Source of the DNA: Trichodesmium erythraeum IMS101
Lineage (GTDB): Bacteria; Cyanobacteriota; Cyanobacteriia; Cyanobacteriales; Microcoleaceae
NCBI RefSeq assembly: GCF_000014265.1
Contig: NC_008312.1
Location: 3,360,001-3,392,000 of the forward strand
Reading direction: 5' to 3'
Length of the DNA stretch: 32,000 nucleotides
Within the stretch, counting starts at the first letter, position 1. The number at the start of each line of letters is the position of its first letter. Of the stretch, positions 22,538 through 31,277 are shown one piece after another. The position numbers and the translations under genes were made by a program. Under the pieces are notes generated by a model, which saw only the letters and a list, made by a program, of their open reading frames with translations, was not told where the DNA came from and did not search any database.

Positions 22538-25500
22538 TCACCACGAGGAATATTTTCGGACTATTTGTTGATAAAAATCTTCTAAGGCATTGACACAAGT
22601 TTGGTCATCAAATAGATAATTATGGCGTAAACTCATCCTCTGAGAAATGTCATTTCGCCAAGCAGTTTCTAAACCTAATTTAACAGCAATATGAATATAT
22701 TCTGCTTCATCTTTAGCAATAGTATCTATAACTCCCAACATTTTTAAGAAACTATCTGCATGACGACTGCGCATAAATTCTCCAGGACAAGTTACTATCG
22801 GTAAATTACAAGCGATCGCCTCTAAAGAAGTATTCCCACCAGACCAAGTAAAAGTATCTAGAAAAACATCTGAAAGTAGATTTAACATCAAATAATCTGA
22901 CCTTTCTGGAATCTTTAAATGAACACAATAATCTTCACTATTTAACCCTCTAGAATAAAAAGCTTTTTCTAAACGAGGTTTTAATAAAGTTCCTCTGAGA
23001 AAAACAAATTTTGCTTGGGGAACTCCTAAAGCTATTTCTGGGAAAATATAATCATATTGAGGCAAATATTTAAAAGGTGCTTGACAGCATAAATAAATAA
23101 CTCCATCTTCAGGTAATTGGAATTTTTTTTCGCCCCTAACGCTCTTTGGAAAAGGGGGAATAGTCTGTTTTTTTGTCAGGTTAGTAATGTCTTTAGGTTC
23201 AGGATAAGCCACCCCAATATTAGGTAGTTTAATTAAAGTTTCTGAGTAATGTTCTTGAGCATTTTCTGGCTCCATTAATTCACTGGATAGAAAATAATCA
23301 ATAGTTGGTAACCCTGTAGTTACTGGATGGCCCCAGGCAGTACATTGTATAGGTGCTAACCGCAAGGCTGCTATTTGCATTGTGGGTGGGTCCATACCTA
23401 TTTCGGGATAGACTAATATATGTAGTTTATCATTTAATATTTGTTGGCAAACTGCGGGTAAATTGCCTGGAATATGATGAAATTTATGGCTATATTGACG
23501 AAATTTTTCTGTTATTGGGTCAGGAGAATTACCAGTATAATAACAGTAAATTTCAAAATTTTTATGGTCAGCATAACGTAACCAACCTATTAACCACAAG
23601 CTGCCACTATAAGAATGTAAATAGTTGGAAATATAGCCAATGCGGATTTTATTTTCTACGGGTGGAATGGATAATGGTTGTATGTATTCTGGATAATTAG
23701 CTCCTAGAATTTTATGGAGAAAATTACCATAGATAATTTGAGATTTTTGAACATTATGAGCTTGATAAGCTAAGTAAAAATTAGTGAATCTGCTAGTACC
23801 TAAAAGAGCGTTTTTTCGCGATTCAGTATTTTCTAAATTGGTTGTTTTTATGAGGTTTTGTATTTCGGTTTCAAATCTTTGGCGATAAAAGCTGATTGAT
23901 TCTGGACTGTGGTAAATAATGGGAACTATTAAATGTTTTAGGAGTTTAAATGTGTAATCTTGGGGCAGGTTTTGTAAAGCTATTTCTGCTTGAGATATTG
24001 CTTGTTCAGTTCTCCCATTTTGTAATAGGGTCATAATTAAGTTAAAATGGAGCTGTCCTGAATTGGGGCAGGTTTGGGTACCCTCTTGGAGAATGTTTAT
24101 AGTTGCTTGTTTTTGGTCTAATTGTTGATAACATTCTGAGAGAAAAGAATAGACTTGAGTATCTGTTGGTTGAAGTTCTAGATATTTACGATATTCTAAA
24201 ATTGCTGTTTCATATTTTCCTAATTGTTGCAGTCTTCGTGCCCAATTTAATAATATTGGGGCAGGGTTATTTTTTGCTCGAAGAGCGATGTTGAGATTGT
24301 TAGCTATATCTGAATTTTCGGGATTGATTTCTAGGGCCTTTTCATAATTAGCGATCGCCAACTCAACTCGATTTTGTTCGAGCATTAAATTACCTAGATT
24401 AATATAACTTCCCCAATGGTTGGGGTTAATAGAAATGCTCTGGCGATAAATAGTTTCTGCTTGTTCAAATTCACTTTTTGTCTTGAGGAGATTGCCTAAA
24501 TTATTATAAGGATCTATGAAATTAATATCTAGTTTAATTGCTTGTTGGTGGGAGGCGATCGCTTGTTCAATTTGATTGATTTTTTCTAACCCTAAACCCT
24601 GGTAGTAATATCCATAACTTGATGGTTCTATTTCTAAAGATTTAGATATAGCTGAAATAGACTGTTGATAATTTTCTATTTGATAATAAAGCACTCCTAA
24701 TTGTAACCAAACCAGGGAATTATTAGGTTGCCATAATAATAACTCTTGATATTTTTTTTCTGCTAATTGCCATTGCTGTTGTTGGTGTAAATATATTGCT
24801 TCTTCATAGAACAACTGCCTGGATGATTCTGTCTCCCATTGTTGTAGATTAGAAATGGCTGTAATGACATTTTGTTGACGATTATTAATAATCCTAGAAG
24901 GTGGATAATTATGATTTCTTTCACTGTCAAAACTTAGGAGTTGAATCCCATTACCAAATAAGTGATTTATTTGTGCAAATTCTGGTAATTCTGATAATAT
25001 TTTATATTGAGGAAAACTAGCCATTAAATCCCAATAAGCTTGCTGTACTAGACTTTTATTAGAATTATTAATAACCACTAATGCTTTTTTAGATAAAAAA
25101 GGCTTAATTAACATTAATCCTAACAGTACGGAGCGATATTCAGGAGAGCCATTATAGAAATAGACACCAATATTATTTTCTGTTTCTATTTCTCGTAATT
25201 CTAATAAAAATTCTTCTAGATCTTGGTCACAAAAAAAGACCTGTGATTCAAGATTAAATTGCTGCAAATTTTCTAATAGTTCTTGTTGTAGTTCTCCAGT
25301 AGAATCAAAGTTAGAAAAGTTGTTAACTGCATAGGCCATTTTTTCGGTATGCTCAAATAATGCTCCGATTAAAGTGAGACCTTGAGTAGTGCCTATCTCG
25401 CAGTAAATCTCATCTGGTTCTGTGTGTTCTACAGCGCTGTTGAGTAGTTTCATGAGGTTGAGGGTGTTGACGTTGGGTTTAGGGGTGAGGGTTTTTGGCC

Positions 25501-25582
25501 ATTGGTCAGATGGTTGAAGGGAGTTATTGCCCCAGTTTTGGTAATTAGTGGGAAGTTGTTGGATGAATTTTTGGTAGTCCAT
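22538..25582 (-). CDS. Fusion protein: N-terminal class I methyltransferase-like domain, TPR array, C-terminal GT41 (SPINDLY/OGT-like) glycosyltransferase (1014 aa)
   Basis: The N-terminus has ..DEIYCEIGTTQGLTLIGAL..AYAVNNF..ALVVINN.. The middle has many 34-aa TPR units (e.g. AEKKYQELLLWQPNNSLVWLQLGVLYYQIENYQQSI). The C-terminus has the typical bacterial GT41 pattern: IRIGYISNYLHSYSGSLWL..CTAWGHPVTTGLPTIDYFLSS..DVFLDTFTWSGGNTSLEAIACNLPIVTCPGEFMRSRH. Confidence 0.85.
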   Translation of the reverse strand: MDYQKFIQQLPTNYQNWGNNSLQPSDQWPKTLTPKPNVNTLNLMKLLNSAVEHTEPDEIYCEIGTTQGLTLIGALFEHTEKMAYAVNNFSNFDSTGELQQELLENLQQFNLESQVFFCDQDLEEFLLELREIETENNIGVYFYNGSPEYRSVLLGLMLIKPFLSKKALVVINNSNKSLVQQAYWDLMASFPQYKILSELPEFAQINHLFGNGIQLLSFDSERNHNYPPSRIINNRQQNVITAISNLQQWETESSRQLFYEEAIYLHQQQQWQLAEKKYQELLLWQPNNSLVWLQLGVLYYQIENYQQSISAISKSLEIEPSSYGYYYQGLGLEKINQIEQAIASHQQAIKLDINFIDPYNNLGNLLKTKSEFEQAETIYRQSISINPNHWGSYINLGNLMLEQNRVELAIANYEKALEINPENSDIANNLNIALRAKNNPAPILLNWARRLQQLGKYETAILEYRKYLELQPTDTQVYSFLSECYQQLDQKQATINILQEGTQTCPNSGQLHFNLIMTLLQNGRTEQAISQAEIALQNLPQDYTFKLLKHLIVPIIYHSPESISFYRQRFETEIQNLIKTTNLENTESRKNALLGTSRFTNFYLAYQAHNVQKSQIIYGNFLHKILGANYPEYIQPLSIPPVENKIRIGYISNYLHSYSGSLWLIGWLRYADHKNFEIYCYYTGNSPDPITEKFRQYSHKFHHIPGNLPAVCQQILNDKLHILVYPEIGMDPPTMQIAALRLAPIQCTAWGHPVTTGLPTIDYFLSSELMEPENAQEHYSETLIKLPNIGVAYPEPKDITNLTKKQTIPPFPKSVRGEKKFQLPEDGVIYLCCQAPFKYLPQYDYIFPEIALGVPQAKFVFLRGTLLKPRLEKAFYSRGLNSEDYCVHLKIPERSDYLMLNLLSDVFLDTFTWSGGNTSLEAIACNLPIVTCPGEFMRSRHADSFLKMLGVIDTIAKDEAEYIHIAVKLGLETAWRNDISQRMSLRHNYLFDDQTCVNALEDFYQQIVRKYSSW

Positions 25583-25929
25583 TTTGGTATGTTGCTTCTT
25601 TGGGGTTATTATAGAGGTTGGTTGAGTGGGAGGCGATCGTTTTTGTGGGGAAATGGGGAATAATTGGGAATATCGAGTTTCTGAGATTCAAACACTGATT
25701 TTTAGGAGCTTGAATCTAACATAAAATAGTTAATAAAAAAGAATTTGATTATTTCTCAAAAAATCAATCTTAATTCTTTTATTTGACATCAGAGGGAGGA
25801 TTATAAAGTGGTGTTGGATTAGGTAAGGCTAAGGGTTAGAGAAAAAGGAGTGGATGGGAGCAATCTAACCTTTAAAGTTATTAGTAAGATTATTACCAAT
25901 AAAAATAAAGATTATTAAAGAAAGGAAAA

Positions 25930-28900
25930 ATGTCAGAGGATAAAGTATTGGAGGAATTAGAAAAAGCTTATAAATTATTTAGGCAAGGTAAATTTAAGGA
26001 AGCAGTGCAGTTATATAAAGAATTAATCACTAATAACCCTGACCTAGCCAGGAGTGGAATCAATATTAACCTAGCACATAGTATTATTTTATCTACAGAT
26101 TGGTCTGATGTTTCACAAAACTTACCACCTGGTATAAATTATCCAGAATCATCAGGCTGGATAAATTCCTTAATGACTGGTTTACCTATCAATTATGATT
26201 CAAAACCTATCCCCTGGTACACCTATCCAGCTATAGAGTTTATAGAAAATAAGATAGCATCAGATTTTCAGGTTTTTGAATATGGAAGCGGGCAATCAAC
26301 ATTGTGGTGGGCTGAAAGAACATTAAAGGTAATTTCGATTGAAAGTAATCGAAACTGGTTTTCTGATCTTCAGGAAAAAATCCCCAATAATGTAGAACTA
26401 AGCCTTAGTGAGAATGAAGAAGAATATGCAGCCAACATCAATAGATATCAAAATAACTACTTTGATGTAATTGTTATAGATGGTATTAATAGAAATAGGT
26501 GTGTAGAATTAAGTTTAAGCAAGCTCAAAGAAACAGGATTTATTATTTTTGACAATACAGATGATTATCAGTACGACTTGGGTGTAAGACTTTTAGAATT
26601 GAAAGGATATAAAAGAATAGATTTCTATGGAATGATTCCAGGGTACACTTACAAAAATTGTACGTCAGTTTTTTTTAAAGATAGTAAAGTTTTAGATAGG
26701 GGAGGATTACCTAGCGAGAAAGAGTCTTGCTTAGGACTTTCTTGTTTTCAAGTAACTAGCCCTAGATCTAAAAATAATTGTATGTTAAAAGAATCTAATA
26801 TTGCTGAATGTCAAGCTAAGTTTAATCTTAGTTATCACGTTCCTTTTGCCCGTATATGTCAAGATTTAGTAGGTTTTGAAGGTAAAGATGTTTTAGAAGT
26901 AGGTGGGAGTTTACCACCAGAATTTGTTTTTGATTATCTTCATGTTAAGTCTTGGTCAGCAATAGAAACTCCAGATTATGAAGAATCCCTCAAGGAAGCA
27001 GGAGGACTATCTCATACAGGAACAATTATTCCTAATATTAAAGATACTTCTAATTTAGGTTTTGATAATAGAAAACTAGAAAAATATAATTTCTTCTTAG
27101 AAAATATAGAAAATCTTCCCGAGGAATATTACGGAAAGTACGATCTAATTTTTTCTATTGCAACTTTCGAGCATATTCATAAATTACCAGCTGCTTTAGA
27201 TAAAATGTTTCTGGCTTTAAAACCAGGAGGCAAATTATTCTCTATGTTTTCGCCTATTTGGTCAGCCTACGATGGGCATTATTTGCCAAAAATAACTGAC
27301 CAAGCAGGCAAAGTTTTTAACTTTGGCAATTCGCCTATCCCACCTTGGGGACATTTGTTAATGAAGCCTGATGAACTATGTCATTATTTATATCAATATA
27401 CTGATCAAGAAACAGCAGAATTGATGGTTGATTATGTTTATAATTCACCTCATATTAATAGGTATTTTACAGAAGATTATCTAGAAATTGTTAAAAGGAG
27501 TAAATTTCAAAGTAAGCATATAGAATTAATATTTGAAAATCCTATTGATGAGAAAACTCAAGAGAGTTTAGAACAGTTATATCCAAATAAAAGAGAATTT
27601 TCCAACAATGGAATATTAGTTGTACTTGAAAAAAATAGTTCGGAAGATAATATGATGACTGAGCAAATAACTATGATACCAGCTTACCAAAGTACCAAAC
27701 AAGAACTCGCATCTAAAGTGTTCGACTCAATAACCAGTCCGAAAGTTAAAGAAAGAGTTTACTCTGTTATTAGCCTTTTAACTCAGGATCGTTGGTTATC
27801 CAATGATTTGAGAAATTATTCAAGTTCATCTGCTCAAACACAATCAAAATGGTTTGATTTAATTTCGTTTTTAAACTGGTGTGGGCATAATTTTAAACCT
27901 AAGAATTATCTAGAAGTAGGTGTGCGTCGGGGGCGTTCTATGGCCCAGGTTTTAGTAGAATCCCCCGATACTAATGCTTATGGTTTTGATATGTGGATAC
28001 CTGGGTATGCTGCTGAAGATAATCCCGGTCCTGAGTTTGTACGTTCAGAGTTAGAAAAGTTGGGAATCAAAAAACAGCCAACTTTAATTAGGGGTGACTC
28101 TCACGAAATGCTCCCATCTTTTTTTGCTAATTCAGATAATCCCCAAGAATTTGACCTAATTAATATAGATGGAGACCATACTTACTCCGGTGCCAAAATG
28201 GATTTGGATATCGCCTTTACTCATTTGGCATCTGGTGGAGTATTGGTTTTCGATGACATTGCTCACCATGCTCATCCTGAGTTGGGTGTTTTGTGGAACG
28301 AGTACAAGAGCAAATATCAAGATTATTTATTTATTGATGATCACTATGCCACAGGAACAGGAGTAGCTTTTAAGCCTCCTTTTTCTAAGTTATCACAAAT
28401 ACTTGCAACGTTACCCATTCATTTCTTTACCATTGTCCTTAACGGCCAACCATTTATTCGCTACCACATCGACATTTTCAAGCAACTTCCCTTTAAGTGG
28501 CATTGGCATATTATTGAAGGTGTAGCTGACTTAAAACACGACACTGGTTGGAGCTTGCAGTTAGGGGGAAAAATAACCGATGAAATTCATAAACAAGGTC
28601 GCAGCAAAGATGGTACATCGGAATATCTAGACGAACTTGCAGCCAAATACCCAGAAAATATAACTCTTTACCGCAAACCAGAAGGAGAATTTTGGGATGG
28701 CAAACGGGAAATGGTTAACGCGCCTTTGAGAAACATAAAAGAAGAATGTTTGCTGTGGCAGGTAGATGTTGATGAAATCTGGACTTTAGAACAGATTTGT
28801 AATAGTCGGAAATTGTTTATTAAAAATCCAGAGAAAACGGCGGCGTTTTATTGGTGTTGGTATTTTGTGGGAGAAAATCTGGTTATTAGTAGCCGCAACT

Positions 28901-31242
28901 GCTACACACAAAATCCCAAACAAGATTGGTTACGCACTTGGAGGTTTAAACCAGGATACCTTTGGGCAGCCCACGAACCCCCAGTATTAGTAGAAAATTT
29001 GCCAGATGATCAACAAAAAAATATTGCTGCTATTAATCCTTTTATGCACGCAGAAACAGAAAAAGAAGGTTTAATTTTCCAACACTTTGCTTATGTCACC
29101 CCAGAACAACTAAGCTTTAAAGAACAATACTATGGTTATAAGAATGCCGTCAGTCAATGGCAAACCTTACAGTCACAAACTAAGTTTCCAGTATATCTGC
29201 GGGATTATTTTGCCTGGGTAGGAGATAACACGATGGTCGATAGCACTGAGTCATTAGGCATAGTTCCACTGGTGCAAAAAGATGTAACTGGAGATAATTG
29301 GAAATTTTTGCAACCAGAATATTTACAACAACCAGTGAAGAGGGAAAGGCGATCGCCCACTATTCTTATTGATGGTGTATTTTTCCAACTTTATAGTACG
29401 GGTATTGCTCGTGTGTGGCGCTCTGTCTTAGCAGAATGGGCTAAAACTGAATTTGCTAATCACATAATATTACTTGATAGAGCAAATACAGCAAAAGTAC
29501 CAGGCATCAGATATAGAGCTTTACCAGCATATAGCTACAACAACACCGATGCCGACAAGCAAATACTCCAACAAGTCTGCGACGAAGAGGGAGCAGATTT
29601 ATTCATCTCCACTTACTACACAACTCCCATATCAACACCCTCAGTATTTATGGCTTATGATATGATTCCGGAAGTATTGGGGGCAAATTTCAACGAACCA
29701 ATGTGGCGAGAAAAACATCACGCTATTGGTCATGCTTCCTCCTACATTTCCATATCAGAAAGTACTGCTCGGGATTTGGTTAAGTTTTTCCCAGATATTA
29801 CACCAGATGATGTGACTGTAGCTCATTGCGGTGTTGCTCCCACTTTTACTCCAGCTACAACAGCAGAAATAAGTGTGTTTAAATATAAATACGGCATCAG
29901 CAAACCTTATTTTCTTTTGGTAGGTGCTGGAAGTAACTATAAAAACGCGATTTTATTTTTCCGAGCCTTTGCCCAACTCCACAGCAAACAAGGTTTTGAA
30001 ATAGTCTGCACAGGTAGCGGTGTCACCCTAGCTAACGAATACAGACAATATGCCTCTGGCAGTGTCGTACATTCACTCATACTCAGCGATGAAGAATTGA
30101 AAGTTGCTTATTCTGGTGCAATAGCTTTAGTTTATCCTTCTTTATACGAAGGTTTTGGAATGCCTGTTGCCGAAGCATTAGCTTGTGCTTGCCCGGTGAT
30201 TACTTGTGCCAATGCTTCTATTCCTGAAGTTGTCGGGGAAGCTGCTATATATGTTGATGGCAATGACGTAGATGGTTTGACGGATGCCCTGTGTGAAGTG
30301 CAAAAGCCAAAAGTGCGTAATTCTTTAATTGCTACTGGTTTAGAACAAGCGAAGAAATTCTCTTGGGGTAAAATGGCTGATATTATGAGTATTGCTTTAA
30401 TGAAAGCAACTTTAGGGCATTTAAATCTCAGGGATATTAATTTAATTATTTTCCCAGACTGGACGCAACCAGAAGAAACAGTGGGATGGGAATTCCAAGA
30501 GGTAATCAAAAATCTGGTGACTCATCCAGATAGAGCTAAGATGACTTTATTAATAGATAACAGCAATATTATTGCTGAAGATGCAGATTTAATTTTATCT
30601 AGCGTGGCAATGAACTTGTTAATGGAGGAAGAATTAGAGGTAGATGAGGGACCAGAAATTGTTTTAGTTGGGGAGTTGAGTCAAGTGCAGTGGTCTGCTT
30701 TAATACCTCAGTTACAAGGTAGGATTAAATTGGAACATGAGAATGGGGAAGCGATCGCTGTTGTTGATAAAGATCTCCCTGTTTATGAGATTCAAGGTAT
30801 AGAGCGATCGCGATCTCTTAGGCTAGAAACTGGTAGATGGGAACTTTTTAAACTAAGCGAAATTAATTTTGTTATATTCCCAGACTGGTCCCAACCAGAA
30901 GAAACAGTGGGATTGGAATTAAAAGAGGTAATCAAAAATCTGGTGACTCATCCAGATAGAGGTAAGATGACTTTATTAGTAGATAACAGCAATATTACTG
31001 CTGAAGATGCAGATTTAATTTTATCTAGCGTGGCAATGAACTTGTTAATGGAGGAAGAATTAGAGGTAGATGAGGGACCAGAAATTGTTTTAGTTGGGGA
31101 GTTGAGTCAAGTGCAGTGGTCTGCTTTAATACCTCAGTTGCAAGGTAGGATTAAATTGGAACATGAGAATGGGGAAGCGATCGCTTCTGCAAAAGCAAGT
31201 CATATTACTGCTCTAAGTCTGAATGATTTAGCTAATAGTTAA
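25930..31242 (+). CDS. 1770-aa multidomain glycan-modifying enzyme: three class I methyltransferase-like modules, a DxD glycosyltransferase-like module, a GT4 (group 1) glycosyltransferase, and two copies of a C-terminal ~108-aa domain
   Basis: MT-like module 1 (aa ~115-215): VFEYGSGQSTLWW..DVIVIDG..GFIIFDN. MT-like module 2 (aa ~320-440): VLEVGGSLPPE..YDLIFSIATFEHI..LKPGGKLF. MT-like module 3 (aa ~660-780): YLEVGVRRGRS..DLINIDGDHTYSG..LASGGVLVFDDI. GT-like module (aa ~825-1075) with QVDVDEIW. GT4 module (aa ~1143-1485) with ILIDGVFFQLYSTGIARVW and the E-x7-E motif in YPSLYEGFGMPVAEALACACPVI. The C-terminal repeats are listed as separate features. Confidence 0.85.
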   Translation: MSEDKVLEELEKAYKLFRQGKFKEAVQLYKELITNNPDLARSGININLAHSIILSTDWSDVSQNLPPGINYPESSGWINSLMTGLPINYDSKPIPWYTYPAIEFIENKIASDFQVFEYGSGQSTLWWAERTLKVISIESNRNWFSDLQEKIPNNVELSLSENEEEYAANINRYQNNYFDVIVIDGINRNRCVELSLSKLKETGFIIFDNTDDYQYDLGVRLLELKGYKRIDFYGMIPGYTYKNCTSVFFKDSKVLDRGGLPSEKESCLGLSCFQVTSPRSKNNCMLKESNIAECQAKFNLSYHVPFARICQDLVGFEGKDVLEVGGSLPPEFVFDYLHVKSWSAIETPDYEESLKEAGGLSHTGTIIPNIKDTSNLGFDNRKLEKYNFFLENIENLPEEYYGKYDLIFSIATFEHIHKLPAALDKMFLALKPGGKLFSMFSPIWSAYDGHYLPKITDQAGKVFNFGNSPIPPWGHLLMKPDELCHYLYQYTDQETAELMVDYVYNSPHINRYFTEDYLEIVKRSKFQSKHIELIFENPIDEKTQESLEQLYPNKREFSNNGILVVLEKNSSEDNMMTEQITMIPAYQSTKQELASKVFDSITSPKVKERVYSVISLLTQDRWLSNDLRNYSSSSAQTQSKWFDLISFLNWCGHNFKPKNYLEVGVRRGRSMAQVLVESPDTNAYGFDMWIPGYAAEDNPGPEFVRSELEKLGIKKQPTLIRGDSHEMLPSFFANSDNPQEFDLINIDGDHTYSGAKMDLDIAFTHLASGGVLVFDDIAHHAHPELGVLWNEYKSKYQDYLFIDDHYATGTGVAFKPPFSKLSQILATLPIHFFTIVLNGQPFIRYHIDIFKQLPFKWHWHIIEGVADLKHDTGWSLQLGGKITDEIHKQGRSKDGTSEYLDELAAKYPENITLYRKPEGEFWDGKREMVNAPLRNIKEECLLWQVDVDEIWTLEQICNSRKLFIKNPEKTAAFYWCWYFVGENLVISSRNCYTQNPKQDWLRTWRFKPGYLWAAHEPPVLVENLPDDQQKNIAAINPFMHAETEKEGLIFQHFAYVTPEQLSFKEQYYGYKNAVSQWQTLQSQTKFPVYLRDYFAWVGDNTMVDSTESLGIVPLVQKDVTGDNWKFLQPEYLQQPVKRERRSPTILIDGVFFQLYSTGIARVWRSVLAEWAKTEFANHIILLDRANTAKVPGIRYRALPAYSYNNTDADKQILQQVCDEEGADLFISTYYTTPISTPSVFMAYDMIPEVLGANFNEPMWREKHHAIGHASSYISISESTARDLVKFFPDITPDDVTVAHCGVAPTFTPATTAEISVFKYKYGISKPYFLLVGAGSNYKNAILFFRAFAQLHSKQGFEIVCTGSGVTLANEYRQYASGSVVHSLILSDEELKVAYSGAIALVYPSLYEGFGMPVAEALACACPVITCANASIPEVVGEAAIYVDGNDVDGLTDALCEVQKPKVRNSLIATGLEQAKKFSWGKMADIMSIALMKATLGHLNLRDINLIIFPDWTQPEETVGWEFQEVIKNLVTHPDRAKMTLLIDNSNIIAEDADLILSSVAMNLLMEEELEVDEGPEIVLVGELSQVQWSALIPQLQGRIKLEHENGEAIAVVDKDLPVYEIQGIERSRSLRLETGRWELFKLSEINFVIFPDWSQPEETVGLELKEVIKNLVTHPDRGKMTLLVDNSNITAEDADLILSSVAMNLLMEEELEVDEGPEIVLVGELSQVQWSALIPQLQGRIKLEHENGEAIASAKASHITALSLNDLANS
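30436..30759 (+). repeat. Copy 1 of the in-frame 324-bp duplication (aa 1503-1610 of the 1770-aa protein)
   Basis: Encodes INLIIFPDWTQPEETVGWEFQEVIKNLVTHPDRAKMTLLIDNSNIIAEDADLILSSVAMNLLMEEELEVDEGPEIVLVGELSQVQWSALIPQLQGRIKLEHENGEAIA. It ends at a HIP1 site (GCGATCGC). Confidence 0.95.
30862..31185 (+). repeat. Copy 2 of the in-frame 324-bp duplication (aa 1645-1752), 426 bp downstream of copy 1
   Basis: Encodes INFVIFPDWSQPEETVGLELKEVIKNLVTHPDRGKMTLLVDNSNITAEDADLILSSVAMNLLMEEELEVDEGPEIVLVGELSQVQWSALIPQLQGRIKLEHENGEAIA. By my reading there are about a dozen nucleotide differences in the first ~140 bp and a single one in the last ~185 bp. Confidence 0.95.
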
Positions 31243-31277
31243 AGTAAAAAAACTGAACAAAAGAGGAAATTTTAAGG

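Noticed and set aside
25783-25807. TTGACA (25783..25788) and TATAAA (25802..25807) as a promoter for the 1770-aa gene.
   Set aside because: The spacing is only 13 nt, far from the 16-18 nt expected for a sigma-70-type promoter.
30436-31185. The possibility that the near-identical 324-bp duplication is purely an assembly artefact.
   Set aside because: Both copies are in frame within one long ORF. They are separated by unique sequence and differ at about a dozen positions near their 5' ends, which argues for two real copies. It still deserves long-read confirmation and is listed as a check.
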